DNA of 64,000 nt from Geosiphon pyriformis uo1 (lineage: Eukaryota > Fungi > Glomeromycota): the NCBI GenBank assembly GCA_016748015.1, contig JAAOMT010000460.1, forward strand, positions 149,957 through 213,956, read 5' to 3'. Below, in pieces: positions 34,643 to 47,790 of the stretch. The notes beneath the pieces are model-generated. The model worked only from the letters and a program-made list of their open reading frames with translations, was not told the origin of the DNA and did not search any database. How positions within the stretch are numbered: the stretch's first letter is position 1; each line of letters starts with the position of its first letter. The position numbers and the translations under genes are program-made.

Positions 34643-36288
34643 AAATACACAAATATAATAATCAAATTATGTAATACTCTAAACTACGTAACATTCAAAA
34701 ATTTGTCAAAATAATTAATAGTTTACAGAAATATTATATAGTTTGTAAAAATAACTTGTAGTTTGCTAAAATATATTGTTAATTTGATAAAATAATAGCA
34801 AATAAAAAAGTGCAAGTTTATAAACTAATACTATAACAAGTTGTATAAAAAAAAAGCTTTTTTTTCAAGAAAAAGTATTTTAGCTAGAATTATCTTTACT
34901 AAAATTTTTTTTTTAGTATTTATATAAATTATTTCAAATAAAAACTATATTGCAAACAATAAAATTAATAATTATTTCTCTTAAAATTTTCTGAATTTTT
35001 ACCAATATTTTAAAATTAATTAGTTATCAATTTTAGTAATCTGTTAATAACTTTAGACTTAAACAAAAGACAATTTTTCTAACAAAATTTTTTTATTTTT
35101 TTTTATTTTTCATTATAATCATTAAGGTAGCTTACAGACAAAATTTCTGTAAAAAAGTTAACTTTTACAGCAAAGTAACTATATATTTTTAATAAGCTTT
35201 TAAATGAACATTTTCTAAAAAAAAGTTGATTTTTATTACAAAATAATTATACAAATAACTGGCACATAATTGGCTATTTTACTTATAAGCTTAACAGTTC
35301 AAATTATAAAAAATAATTTAAAAATAAATTCAGTTATTGGAAATTCAACAGCTTTTAATAATTAGAAATTATCAACAAAATTAATATTAATAATATTTAA
35401 AAAAAAAACTAAAAACTTTTAATAATATTTGGTATTTTTTCACAGATATAATACAGCAACAATAAATTCAAAATAATAATCACATTTAAGATAAAATTGA
35501 AATTTTTAAGAAAACATTTTATTAATACATCAAAAATTGTATTAACAATAGTTTTTTTAAAGACTACAATATTATAAAAATTAAAAGCAATTTTTATGAA
35601 AACCTATTATAACATTTTTACATAAATATTAAAGATTACAACAGTAAAATTTTTTATATAGACAAAAGAATATAAAAAATATTAAACACTTTTATAATAT
35701 GTTATATAAAAAAATTAACTTATAAATCATTAATTTATTATTATTATATTAAAATACATATTACTATTTTGTTTAATTCTTATTTGTTTTAAAAATAACT
35801 TGAATTTAACATGACATAGACTTGATTAAATTATAATAATAATTTACAAATATTATATCATATTCTTCTTTAACTTATTATTCTAATTATATAATATTTA
35901 AAAATTGTAAATTACATTAATGAATTTTAACTTTAATATATAATTAAAAATTTTTTATTGGAGTAATATTAAGATTTTATACTGGCCAAAAAAGTTATTT
36001 AATATTTAAAAAGGTAAAAAAAAGAATGTATAACTTTTAATATATGAATTAATATATTGTTTTTCTGAAAAAAAAACTTTTTTTTAGTTTTTTTTGCATT
36101 AAGTTTTACTGTAAAAATTGCGTAATTAGTCAAAATTTTATGATATAACTCTAGTAATATAACCAATCAAAAAAACTAAAAAACTTAAACCAATCTATAA
36201 AAAACATTCTCAAAACATACAACCAAAGCTTTTTTTAACTGTGATTATAATACAATTCTTATAAAACTTTTTAGAAGATTTATGTTAT

Positions 36289-37200
36289 TGTTACTTAAGT
36301 AGAAAAACCAATCCAAAAAATATTGAAAAAAACATGATTAAAAAATATAATAACTTAAAAAAATATAATAATGCAAAATAGCACAAAATAATACATTATA
36401 ATTCAAGATAATATAAAATAATATACAATAATGTAAAATAACTAACCATAACATAAGATAACTAATTATAGTATAAAAAAACAAAGCAATAACAAAAATA
36501 ATAAGCAATAACTAATAATAATAAGTAATCAAAAACAATCTTATAAAACTAAAAATATGTATAAAAACAAGTAGTTTTAACAATAAAAAAAAACTAATTA
36601 ACTAAAAAAAAGACAGATAAAAAATATATTTTTTTACTCATATTTATTAAATTTATTTTACATATATATTTATATTACTTCAAATAAAAAAAAAATTTGA
36701 AACCCAAATTTACTTATACATAATATACAAATTTCATGTTTAATCTAAACTAATTATTCTTTTATCTTTATTTCTGGCCAGATGCTTTTAGCAAAAAATT
36801 GTCTTAAACAATAACAACTTGGACCAATTATTTTTAATCATAGTAATTGACAAAACTAATTTTTTTTATTTTTTATTTTTATTTTATTTTTATTTTTTTT
36901 TATTTTTTTTCTCTTTGGTAAAGTGGCAATATTGTAAAATTAACTGTCTGAAAATAAACTTTATAATAGCTTAGTAAAAGAGGAAAGTTTTTTCTAGATT
37001 GAATATTAATATTATTTTATTAATTTACCAAAAGTGCAAAAAAACACCACCAGATCTTAACAATTGTGTTTGACTAGCTTGAAAAAAATAACACACATAC
37101 TTAAGCTGCAAACAGCCTAAACATTTTTCTGTGTTTTATAACCAAAGAACTTCATGAATAAAATTAACAAAAATTTTTAGAAACTAACATTACTGATTTA
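36289..37200 (+). repeat. Probable decayed LTR of a further family related to B; 3' boundary uncertain
   Basis: Starts TGTTACTTA like LTR B, with CCAAT at ~36308 and TATAAAA at ~36560. CAATTATTTTTAATCATAGTAATTGACAAAACTAA (~36825) resembles LTR B CAATAGCTCTTGATCATGGCTATTGACAGGATACTAA and is likewise followed by a T-rich tract. Confidence 0.4.
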
Positions 37201-37858
37201 TCTTAAGTATTTAAAATAGAAATTTTTAAGCTCCCTATTATCCAAATTTAAAGCACCAAATATTATTACAATATTTTACTAAGTTTATTCATAACACTCT
37301 ATATATTCAAATTCTGTAGCTTTAAATTGTATATATGTAGATTTATCTGATCAAACAACTTATTTAAAATCTTTTACTATCTAATTTTCATAAATACAAG
37401 TTTATTATAAACATTTTTCTTTATTTAATTTGGAAATTAATGGCTTAAAATAAAGAATACACAAGCAAAGTTCTTTTTAAATTAATTTATTTTAATAGTT
37501 TGTATAAAAATAAATTTGTTAATATTTTTAATAAAATTTAAATGTATTTAAGAAAAAGTTTAGTGGCAGGTTCTTTTATTCTTTATTATTGAATATTTGA
37601 ATTGTTTATATATATATTTGTCAAGAATTTATAATTAGTTCATTCATTTTTTAGGAAGTTTTTTTAGTTTATATAATTTCTATACATGTATTATAGAAAA
37701 ACATAAATATCTAATAATTATAAAAATCTTATTGTTTGTATATTCTAACTTTTTTGTTAAAATAATTTTTTTTTTGGTATTTAGAAAGTTTTTTTCAAAC
37801 TATATTTAATGCAATAAATTTTTTCACAACAAAAATGTTTGATATTTTATATATATGC

Positions 37859-40800
37859 TGTTATTAATAAAATTTTAACTATTAACTAGCATGAAATTAC
37901 TCTTATAATTTCTATTATTAATTAGTATATATTAATATCATTTCAAATTATTACTTATTATTTAATTAAATTATTAAATAGCACTATTTAATTAATAATC
38001 TAATTTATACAATAAAAATTAGAATAATCAAATTACACAATATTTTGAACTATATAACATTTAAAAATTTGCCAAAATTTGTAGAAATTTGCCAAAATAA
38101 TAAATAATTCACCAAAATAGTTAATAGTTTATTGAAATAACTTGTAATTTGTTAAAATGTATCTTTAGTTCATCAAAATCATAGCAAAAATAAAAATTCA
38201 AGTTTATAGACTAGTATTACAATAAGTTGTATAAAAAAAAAGCTTCTCTCTTTAAGGAAATGTATTTTATCTTACTCAAAATTATCTTAATTCAAATTAA
38301 TTAGCTTTATAAAAAATAATAAAAACATTAAATACTTAAAAACCAAATTTTTTAACTATTTATACTTAAAATTTCTTCGAAACCCAACTAATGTTTTGAA
38401 ATTGATTAGCTACCAATTTCAATAATCTGTTAATAACTTCAAGTCTAAACAGAAAATAATTTTCTTAACAAAATTCTATTTTTTTATATTTTTTTTATAT
38501 TTTTATATTTTTATATTATAATCATTATTGTAGCTTATAAATAAGATTTTTGTAAAAGAGTTGACTTTTGTAGCAAAGTAACTATACAATTTAGTGAACT
38601 TTCAGATAAGCAATTTCTAAAAAAGAGTTAATATTTACTATAATATAACTACCCAAAGCAATTGACACAGAATTGGCTATTTTACTTATAAGTCCAACAA
38701 TTCAAATTATAGGAAATAATTTGAAAATAAATTCAGTTATTAGAGATTTATTAGCTTTCAGAAAATGTAAATTCATAGTGAACAAACTTTAACAACATTT
38801 AAGAAAAAAGAACAAAAACTTTTGGTAATATTTGGTGCTTTTTTTATGAAAATAACACAGCAATAACAACTTCAAAATAATAACTACATCAGACATAACA
38901 ACTTTAGAGTACTATTAATCAATTTACATTTACTGCAAACAATAATTTGGAATTTAAGACAAAATTACAGTCTTTAAAAAAACACTTTTTTAATATATTG
39001 AAAACCGAATCAATAAATATTTTTTTGAAGACTACAATATTGTAAAAATCAAGCAAAATCTTTTTGAAAATATTATTTACTACTCAAACAGAGACCCAGA
39101 AAACATTAATATTGATAGTTGTACTACTTATTTTAAAGAACTTAATTATAATATTATCATGTTTTGTAAAAAAAAGTATCTTGCCAACTCATAATTTATT
39201 CTTGAACTTAAGTTTGAATTTAAAACAAGTAACAGAAATAAACAGAAAATACATGACCAATTTACATAACACTCAACACACCAAAGACAACCTTTTAACA
39301 TTTACAGATATCAGAGCAAAGAACTAATTCTAAATTACCACTTTTAATTACATCTTTTTTAGCTTTACTTGCTTAAATCCAAATATCAAATTTACCACTC
39401 AACTGTTTCTTAAGACCAGAAAATTTCACATTACCAAAAAGCCCAATACAACAGTTTGAACAAATTTTCACTAATACCAATCTTCTTGATTTTTTAATAG
39501 AAAACAAAAGTAATCACTCTAATAATAATAAAGATATTTCTGAATCTATAGAAAAAAAACTACTAAAAACAAGAATACAGAAAACATGACAACTATTTAT
39601 ATTGCAAAAATTACTGAATTCATTAAAAAAAATACTGACACCAGTTTACAAAAATGGCTTAACAAAGTTTAAAAAGCAAAAGATACAAATAGATAGATTA
39701 CAGCAAAAATATTAAAAGCAATTCTATATTTTTTTCAAGGAACAGCAGGAAAATAGTTTGAAAATCTGACTGAACTCTTCAAAAACTGGCAAGCATTCAA
39801 AGATATTTTCTTAAAGCAATTTACTAACAACAACACCTCTATTACTCTTTGAAACCATTTTTGCAATATTAAATAAGTATTATCTGAAACTGTTATGACT
39901 TATCTTGAGAAATTTAACAAACTTTTTTGACAAATTTAACAATTGAAAACCAATAACTATTATTTTAATGCCCAAATTTTGGATCAGTTTATTGCAGAAT
40001 TAAAAGACAAACTTATTAAAAAAGTTTGACCACATGCTTCAAAAAATTTAACTGCTGTTATTCAATATACTAAGACTTATAAAATGGCAATGAAAGAAGC
40101 TAATTGCACAAAATTTGTAAATCTTGCAATTAGAGAAACCAGCTTAGCAGCTAAAAAAAAATTAACTAATTGACTAAGAAAGTTGAAAATTACTTTACTA
40201 ATTAATAACACCAGCAACAACAAAGATATCAATCACTCCAATAACACAATCAAAATAACTACAGATTACTATTAAACAACCAATCTCAAAGCTATTACTA
40301 TTATAAAATTTCCAGATACTGGAAATAAGATTGCCAAAAAATGCAATAAAACTAACAACAAAAAAATAATTAATGTTATTCTCAACTTTAACAATCTTAT
40401 TATCAATTTCTATCACCAGTTTATTATTCATTAAGACCCCAATATCAGAATAATTATTATACTCTTGCTATTTTTGCAAAGCATATTATAAAAAACGATT
40501 TAAATATTCCAAATAAAACAGAAAATAAGACAAAACTTCTTGTTTTACATGTAAAAAAATGCTACCAGAAGAATACAACTGAATTAATGTTATAATAAGA
40601 GAAAAAATCTGTAATTAAATCTGCCAATATGCACTTTTAATTGCAGAAAAATTAAAAAAAAGAATTTTTTTTGATGTATTATATAATAATGTCTTCAATA
40701 AACTCTACTATTATCCACATGATACTGAAATGATCTATAAACTGACTATGGTTTTAATTAATAGAAGAACTCAAAAAGATGTACACCAAATGAAAGAAAC

Positions 40801-43800
40801 AGAATATATTAAATATACAATGAAATTAGCTGAATTCAATTATAAAGATAAAGTAGAAACATATTATCAGATTACAAGTCATGCTTATTTAACCAAAAAA
40901 GGTCAAATTCAATAATTAAAACAAATTAATATTCAACTATGTGAAGAATGTACTATGTCTTGTAATAATTAATAGTGTTCAGAATATTATACAATTAGTA
41001 TTTTCTTGTTTAATAAAAATAATAAATATGAAATTGAATTTGGAAAATCTGAACCAAAAGAAAAAATTGCAACAACTCTGATTTATTTACTGAAAATCAT
41101 TCTGTTATACAACTCCAATACTTTGACAACAATAAACAAAGAATAAAACCAGAAAAAGCCCATAAAATAGATACTAAATATGATTTACAATACTTAGAAA
41201 AAGACACTTTGGTTTTTCAACCAAAATCTCTGACAAAAATAAATCTAAAAATTGCTCTTAAAATCCTATTAAGAACAATAATTCAAATTGTTTTCTAATC
41301 ATTATTGGCAAGCAAAGAAATTAATATTAGAGAAGAAATTATAGATATAAAATAAACTAAAGACATTACAATCCTGTTACAAAATAAAATTAATAAACTA
41401 TTCAAAATTGAGCATGCCAAAAAAATTGCTTAAGCAATTTACCTATTCTTAATCAACATTTTGGGTTTACAATTAATTAACAACAGAGAACAATTAAGAA
41501 AAAGTAAAAAAAAACACAAAATTTTGGTTTGACAGAACAATTCACAGTTTTAGTAAACATAGCTCTTAATGTATAAAATAAATCTTATTAAATTCTTTAA
41601 CTACCTCAACCAATTACTATTTTATCTTTTAGAAAATATCACGAAATCTACACTTGTTTAAAGCCTATTACCACTTAACAAATCTTTGAGTTAAATGAAT
41701 AAATTTGTTTAAAGCATGAAATTTCAATCTCAAACATTTATATTTCAAAAGAAATAAAAAAATTTCAAGTTATATTTTACAATGCCAACAACTATTCCAT
41801 CATTTTATTAAATAAATTAGAAATTAAAATCATATATAGCAATATCTTTCAAGATAAAATCCCTTAGATTGTTTCTAATTTCATCAAAATTGTAAAACAT
41901 ATTCTATTTTCAAATCCAAACATCATCCCTACTATTAAAAACTACCATATTTTAAAAAAAAAACTTGTTCAAATCAACATAAATTTCTTAAAACCCCAAC
42001 AACAAAAACAATTAAAACAGTTAATTGCCAAATATGCCAATATATTTGCCAAAACTAATAATGATTTTGGAAAAACTGATATTATATAACATTAACTTTA
42101 TACAAAAAATGTTCTACCAAAATGTTAACAAGTCTACTAAATTTCATCTGCTAGCCACCAATTCATCAAAAAAGAAGTTCAACAAATACTCAATAATGAT
42201 CTTATTTAACTATTAAAAAGTTCTTGGGCCTTATTAATAATTTTTGTAAAAAAAAAATAGCAAAATCAGATTTTGTGTAAATTATTAACAATTGTCTATC
42301 CACTACCAAAAATTAACAACATATTAAATGTTTTGAAAAAAGCCAAGTTTTTTTTAACTTTAAACTTAAAAAGTAAATACTGACAAGTTAAAATAAACTC
42401 TAAAAATTACTTCAAAACAGCATTTACTACTTAAAAAAAAATTATGAATTTAACATAATGCTTTTTGAACTCTATAATACACCAGCAACATTCCAAAGAC
42501 TTATAGATATTGTTTATAAAAGACTTTTATGACAATCAGTAATTGTTTACTTAGATAATACTAATATATACTCTCCAAGTTTTAAAGCCTATCTGATTTA
42601 TTTGTGAAAAGTTTTTTAACAATTATGAAAAGCAGAATTAAAATTGAATATTGAAAAATGTTATTTTAAAAAAACAAGTTTAATTTTTTGAAACATATTG
42701 CCAGCAAAGATGGAATTCAATCCAATCCAGAAACAATTAGTGCTGTTAAAAATTTTTAAGTTCTCCAAAATACTACAGAACTAAGAGAATTTGTAGAATT
42801 AGCCTTTTATTACTGAAAGTTTATCAAAAGATTCTCCAAAATTGCCAAATTACTTAACCATTTGACCAACAAAGATATAAAATATTAATAAACACAAGCT
42901 CAATAACAAGCATTTAACATTTTTAAAGAGAAACTTATTACAACCCAATTTTTGCCTATTCAAATTTTAATAAAAGGTTTCAGTTAGCCATTGATGCTTT
43001 ACACATAGTTTTTGGTGCTATTTTATCACAATTGGATAATAATAGCAATAAATAAGTAATTTTTTATATCAGTAGAATTCTTAAACCAACTGAACTTAAA
43101 TATGAGTTTACTGAATTGGAAACAACAGCCATTATTTGAATTCTAAAATACTTACAAAAATATTTCCAAAATGGATCCCAATTTAATATCATTACAGATA
43201 ATATTGGCCTCAAATGACTCAACAAAAAAAACTTTGAACTTAATACCAAATAATCTTAATGGTCTGATTTTCTAGCAGATTACAAATATATTATATATCA
43301 TAAACTAAACAAATTATATACAAATATAGATAGTTTTTTTAGAATAAGACAAGATTAGATTCAACACCAACAAATTATTAACCCAATAATAGTTAATAAA
43401 CAAAATAAATCCTGAAAACTACAACAATATTAAAAACTATTTAAAGATTCTCAAAATACCAGAAAACTGGTTTCTAGCTATAAAAAACCAATTACAACAT
43501 TAATCCAAACAATATTTTCTGCACCATAACAAAATTTATTATCAAAACTGCTAAAACTCAACAAATTTACTTAGAGTAGTCCAACAAAATAAAAAAAAAA
43601 CAATCTTATACTTTTTATCAGGACATCTAGGAAGAGACAGCACAATACAAAGAATATTAAAATATTATTTTTGGTTTCACATGTACCAAGACATTTAACA
43701 GTATATAAAATTATATGATAGTTGTCAAAAAAGAGAAGAAATTTGTCTTACTGAATTTTTAAATTCAATTAAAATTGAACAATTTTCAACAAAATAAGAA

Positions 43801-46800
43801 TTGATTTAATTGAACTATTACCTATTATCACTTAAAAGAACTGTTAGATTGTAGTTGCTATAGACTATTTTATCAAATGGTCTAAAGCCAGAGTTATTTA
43901 AAGAGCAGATGCAAAATCAATAGCAAATTTTATTTATAAAGCCATTATTTGTAAATATAGATGCCTAATTAAACTCTTATCTGATCAAGAAATATACTTT
44001 GTAAACAACTTGATATAAGAAATTTGTGAACAGTTTAACATAAAACGATCTTTATTATTACCATATTATTTGCAAATAAATGAATTAGTAAAATATTTTA
44101 ATCAGACTTTGTGTAAATTATTAGCCAAAGTTTCAACTGATTTTGAGCAGAAATAGAATATCTTTATTTTATCAGTATTATTAGTATACAGAATACTAAA
44201 ACAAAATACCACAAAACACACATTTTTTAATCTAATTTATGGAAGAATAGCAATATTACCAATTAATTTCATTGTGAAAACATATTTTGTGCAACCAATT
44301 AATGAAAAAAACTTTCAAAAAACACTTTAACAAAAAGTTTACATCCTTCTTAGTATTTTAGAAAAAAATAACAAATAGCAGCCACTTATATTAAACACTC
44401 TTAAGCTTAACAAAAAGAATGATATGACAACAAATTGCCACTAGTTATTGACAAATTTAAAGTTGAAAACAAAATTCTCTTACATAAAACTAAAGCTAAA
44501 AAACAATGAAGTGGAAAATTTAAACATAAATAGGATAAACTATTCTATATTCATGAAATTCTAGACAATAAATCATACAAGTTAAGATTTGATGACAAAA
44601 TTCTAGCAAAAGTTACACATAAGAATCAATTGAAATATTATTATTTCAGAAACAATCCTAAATCATTAATTCCACAAATTGGTACACATTTTCTTTTAAT
44701 TAATTTTAAAAATATTTTCCAAAATTTAGAACCAATAATTATAATAAAACAACAATTAAATCTGAATATTTAAATTAAAAATTAAAAATTAAAAATACAC
44801 AAATATAAAACAAAAATAGTAAACAATCACAAAAAAATCCAATAACCAAAAATATTTTCATATTTTTTCTTTTTTTAAACCTGTTCAAAATTTTATTTTT
44901 TATTTTTCAAATTTTTTTAAATTTTATTTACAACCTTATTTACTTTACTATAATTATTCCACAAATATTCCACAAATATTTTAAAAATCAATATTAGCTT
45001 TGAAAACACTTTTTAACTTATTTATAACAATTAATAGAAGTCAAATTAATTACATGCAAAAAGAAACTATAATACCAATAGTAAATAATTATTAAAATTA
45101 TTATTTTTATAAAAAAAACACAAGAAGTTATTCTGAAAGTCAATTACCAGAACTTTTAAAGCAAGCTTTAAAAAAAAACTTTTTAATTGCTCCTATTAAC
45201 ATTTTACCAAATGTTACAATACAACAAAAACTTCTACAGTATTTTAATAAACAAAATAATAAACATACTCTTATATATAGATATTTTTATATTAAAAAAA
45301 CACTTTATAAATAAAAATTAGAACTTGCAGCAACAAATCTCACTTCTAAAATTATACAAAAACAAATTTACAATGAATTCAAGACAGCAACTAAACTAAC
45401 AAATACTCACTATAAACTTAGAACAGCATTTAGACTCTATAATTTATTTAATATTTGTAAAAATGTCCTACAAAATTCAATACTCCAACCAATGAAAATT
45501 CAATATATTGATAAATTTACAGAATTGAAATTTCAATAATTTTCAGACCAAATTGTTATAATTATTTTGAATCATTATCTTGATATTACAAATAGTACTT
45601 AAACTTTAATAAAGCTCAATTTTGAGAAAAAAATTATGTTACCAATAGAATTTTAGCTATTAATTAGCATAAAATTACTCTTATAATTTCTATTATTATT
45701 TAGCATATATTAATATCATTTTAAATTATCACTTATTATTTAATTAAATTATCAAATATTACTATTTAATTAATAATTTGATTTATACAATAAAAATTAG
45801 GATAATTAAATTACACAATACTCTGAACTATGTAACATTTAAAAATTTATTAAAATTTGTAAAAATAATAGATAATTTACCAAAATAATTAATAATTCAT
45901 CAAAATAACTTTTAGTTTGTCAAAATGTATCTTTAGTTCATCAAAATTATAACAAAGAAGAAAGTTCAAGTTTATAAACTAGTACTACAACAAATTATAT
46001 AAAAAAAAAGCTTTTTTTTTAAGAAAATATATCTTATCTTATTCAGAATCATCTTAATTTGAATTAATTAGCTTTACAAAAAATAATAAAAACATCAAAT
46101 ACTTGAAAACCAAATTTTTTAACTATTTATATTTGAAATTTCTTTTAAACTCAACTAATAGTTTGAAATTAATTAGCTACCAATTTCAGTAATCTGTTAG
46201 TAATTTTAAATCTATACAAAAAACAATTTTTTTGAGAAAATTCTATTTCTTTTATATTTCTTTTATTTTATTTTATTTTATAATTATTAGAGTAGCCTAC
46301 AGACAAAATTTTTGTAAAAAAGTTGACTTTTGCAGCAAAGTAACTACACAATTTAGGAAGCTTTCAAATAAACAATTTCTGGAAAAGAGTTGATATTTAC
46401 TACAATGTAAATATTGTTATAGATGATTATTTGGGGTTTCAAAACAAATAACAAACTCGTAACTTGGTGCTTGATTGATATTCTGGTGTTGATATCTGAA
46501 GATTTGGTTGATCTGAAGGTATTGTTGTGAAGTTTTTTGTATAATAAACAGAGATTCAATAGTTGTTTCAGTAGTCTCCCAGAATTGCAATTTTATCAAA
46601 TTTTTTTCTCAATATGATGGCCAGTAATCCTCCTGGTAAGCTATCCTCAAATCTATGAGTGTTTTACTCTTGTTTCATGGGTCTTTTACCAGTCCCTATG
46701 ATGTTTGTAATTTAGCACTTAATTCTTAATCAATTAGTAAATCCAAAGAAATAACAAAAAAAAAATAGAAAAAAACAAAAGAAAATAAAGAAATAAGCAA

Positions 46801-47526
46801 AAGCAATTGCAAGTTAATATCTTATCAATGGCTGTGATCAAGAGCTATTGTTCCAGTGTGGTTAAGTATCAATTATTATTAACATGAAGTTTTGATAGTA
46901 AAAAGTAGATTGGAGATATTAAATAATTATTTATTGATATTGGTAATGTGAAAGATTGCTTAGATCAAATTTAAACTAGAAAGTTTCGAAATTCTAATAA
47001 TTATGATTTATGAGTCTAATTGACTCTAAGAGTTCTACTGACTCTCAATCTTTCTGATTTTAAGCCTAATTGACTAATTTTCTAGCTTCTGATACTACTG
47101 CTATATATACATAAATTTTATTGTACAAGATTTCTTGAATTCCTTAATTCTCTAGCCAGAAATTCTGAAATTCCTGGAATTCTGCAATTCTTTTGAAAGG
47201 AATTCTGGAATTCTGGAATTCTGCAATTTCTTATATGAGAATTCTAAAATTCTTAGAATCCTGCAATTCTTCTGAGAAGAATCCTGGAATTCCATTTTTT
47301 ATTACATTTATTCTGATTGGTTAATTTATGTATTAATATTTAATTCCTATATTCTATAAGTAACAATACCTAAAACAATTAGCATGAAATTGGCTATTCT
47401 ACTTATAAAAAATAATTTGAAAATAAATTTAGTTATTAGAGATCCACTAGCTTCCAGAAAACATAAATTAACAGCAAATAAATATTAATAACATTCAAGA
47501 AAAAAAACCAAAAACTTTTAGTAACA
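37859..47526 (+). mobile_element. Decayed Ty3/Gypsy family C element (gag, Cys-rich domain, dUTPase, RT, RH, separate INT, extra ORF); protease region deleted
   Basis: LTRs 37859-38830 and 45637-47526, PBS relic TGGTGCTTTTT (38833). dUTPase relic KPEKAHKIDTKYDL...SLASKEINIREEIID (41145-41350), RT VYLDNTNIY (~42545), RH AIDALH, INT KWSKARVI. PPT relic GAGAAAAAAA (~45624). Confidence 0.88.
46415..47365 (-). repeat. Solo LTR of a Gypsy-B-related subfamily inserted in the 3' LTR of element C
   Basis: Runs TGTTATAG...AAGTAACA and is homologous to LTR B (GATCAAGAGCTATTGTTCCAGTGTGGTTAAGTATC, GGAATTCC array, CTGATTGG). TSD ATAT/ATAC. No internal region. Confidence 0.9.
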
Positions 47527-47790
47527 ACATTACAAATTTAATACTAAAGCTTCTAAAATCTTTTAAACTTAAAAAACCAGCAGATAAATTAATCATATCA
47601 TTATTAACTTCAGACTTTTTTGGTTTTTTATAAGATATATCACAGAAATAAACACTTTTTACACATTTTTTTTTGTTATTTGAGTGGATTTTCAAACCAG
47701 TTGAGCCAAAACTAAAACTACTAACAAATAAGCCTACTGGTTTTATTACAACAAAAAGAAATATACTAAAAAAAATAACTAAAAAAGAAG
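47527..47790 (-). mobile_element. Decayed 5' end (ORF1 start) of a LINE
   Basis: IKPVGLFVSSFSFGSTGLKIHSNNKKKCVKSVY...SYKKPKK, preceded by a T-rich leader, resembles ORF1 N-termini of this LINE group. Confidence 0.5.

Larger units (their letters stand above)
32226..35427 (+). repeat. Decayed LTR of Gypsy family C interrupted by the ORF1-only retroposon, followed by a PBS relic and a short gag relic (to ~35800)
   Basis: Aligns with 37859-38830 on both sides of the insertion. Ends AATAATA and is followed by TTTGGTATTTTT. Confidence 0.8.

Noticed and set aside
37855-47530. TSD for element C (ATGC / ACAT)
   Set aside because: It is reconcilable only by assuming ancestral ACGC with several transitions. 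The two flanks also belong to different sequence types, so the LTRs may come from recombined copies. Not claimed.
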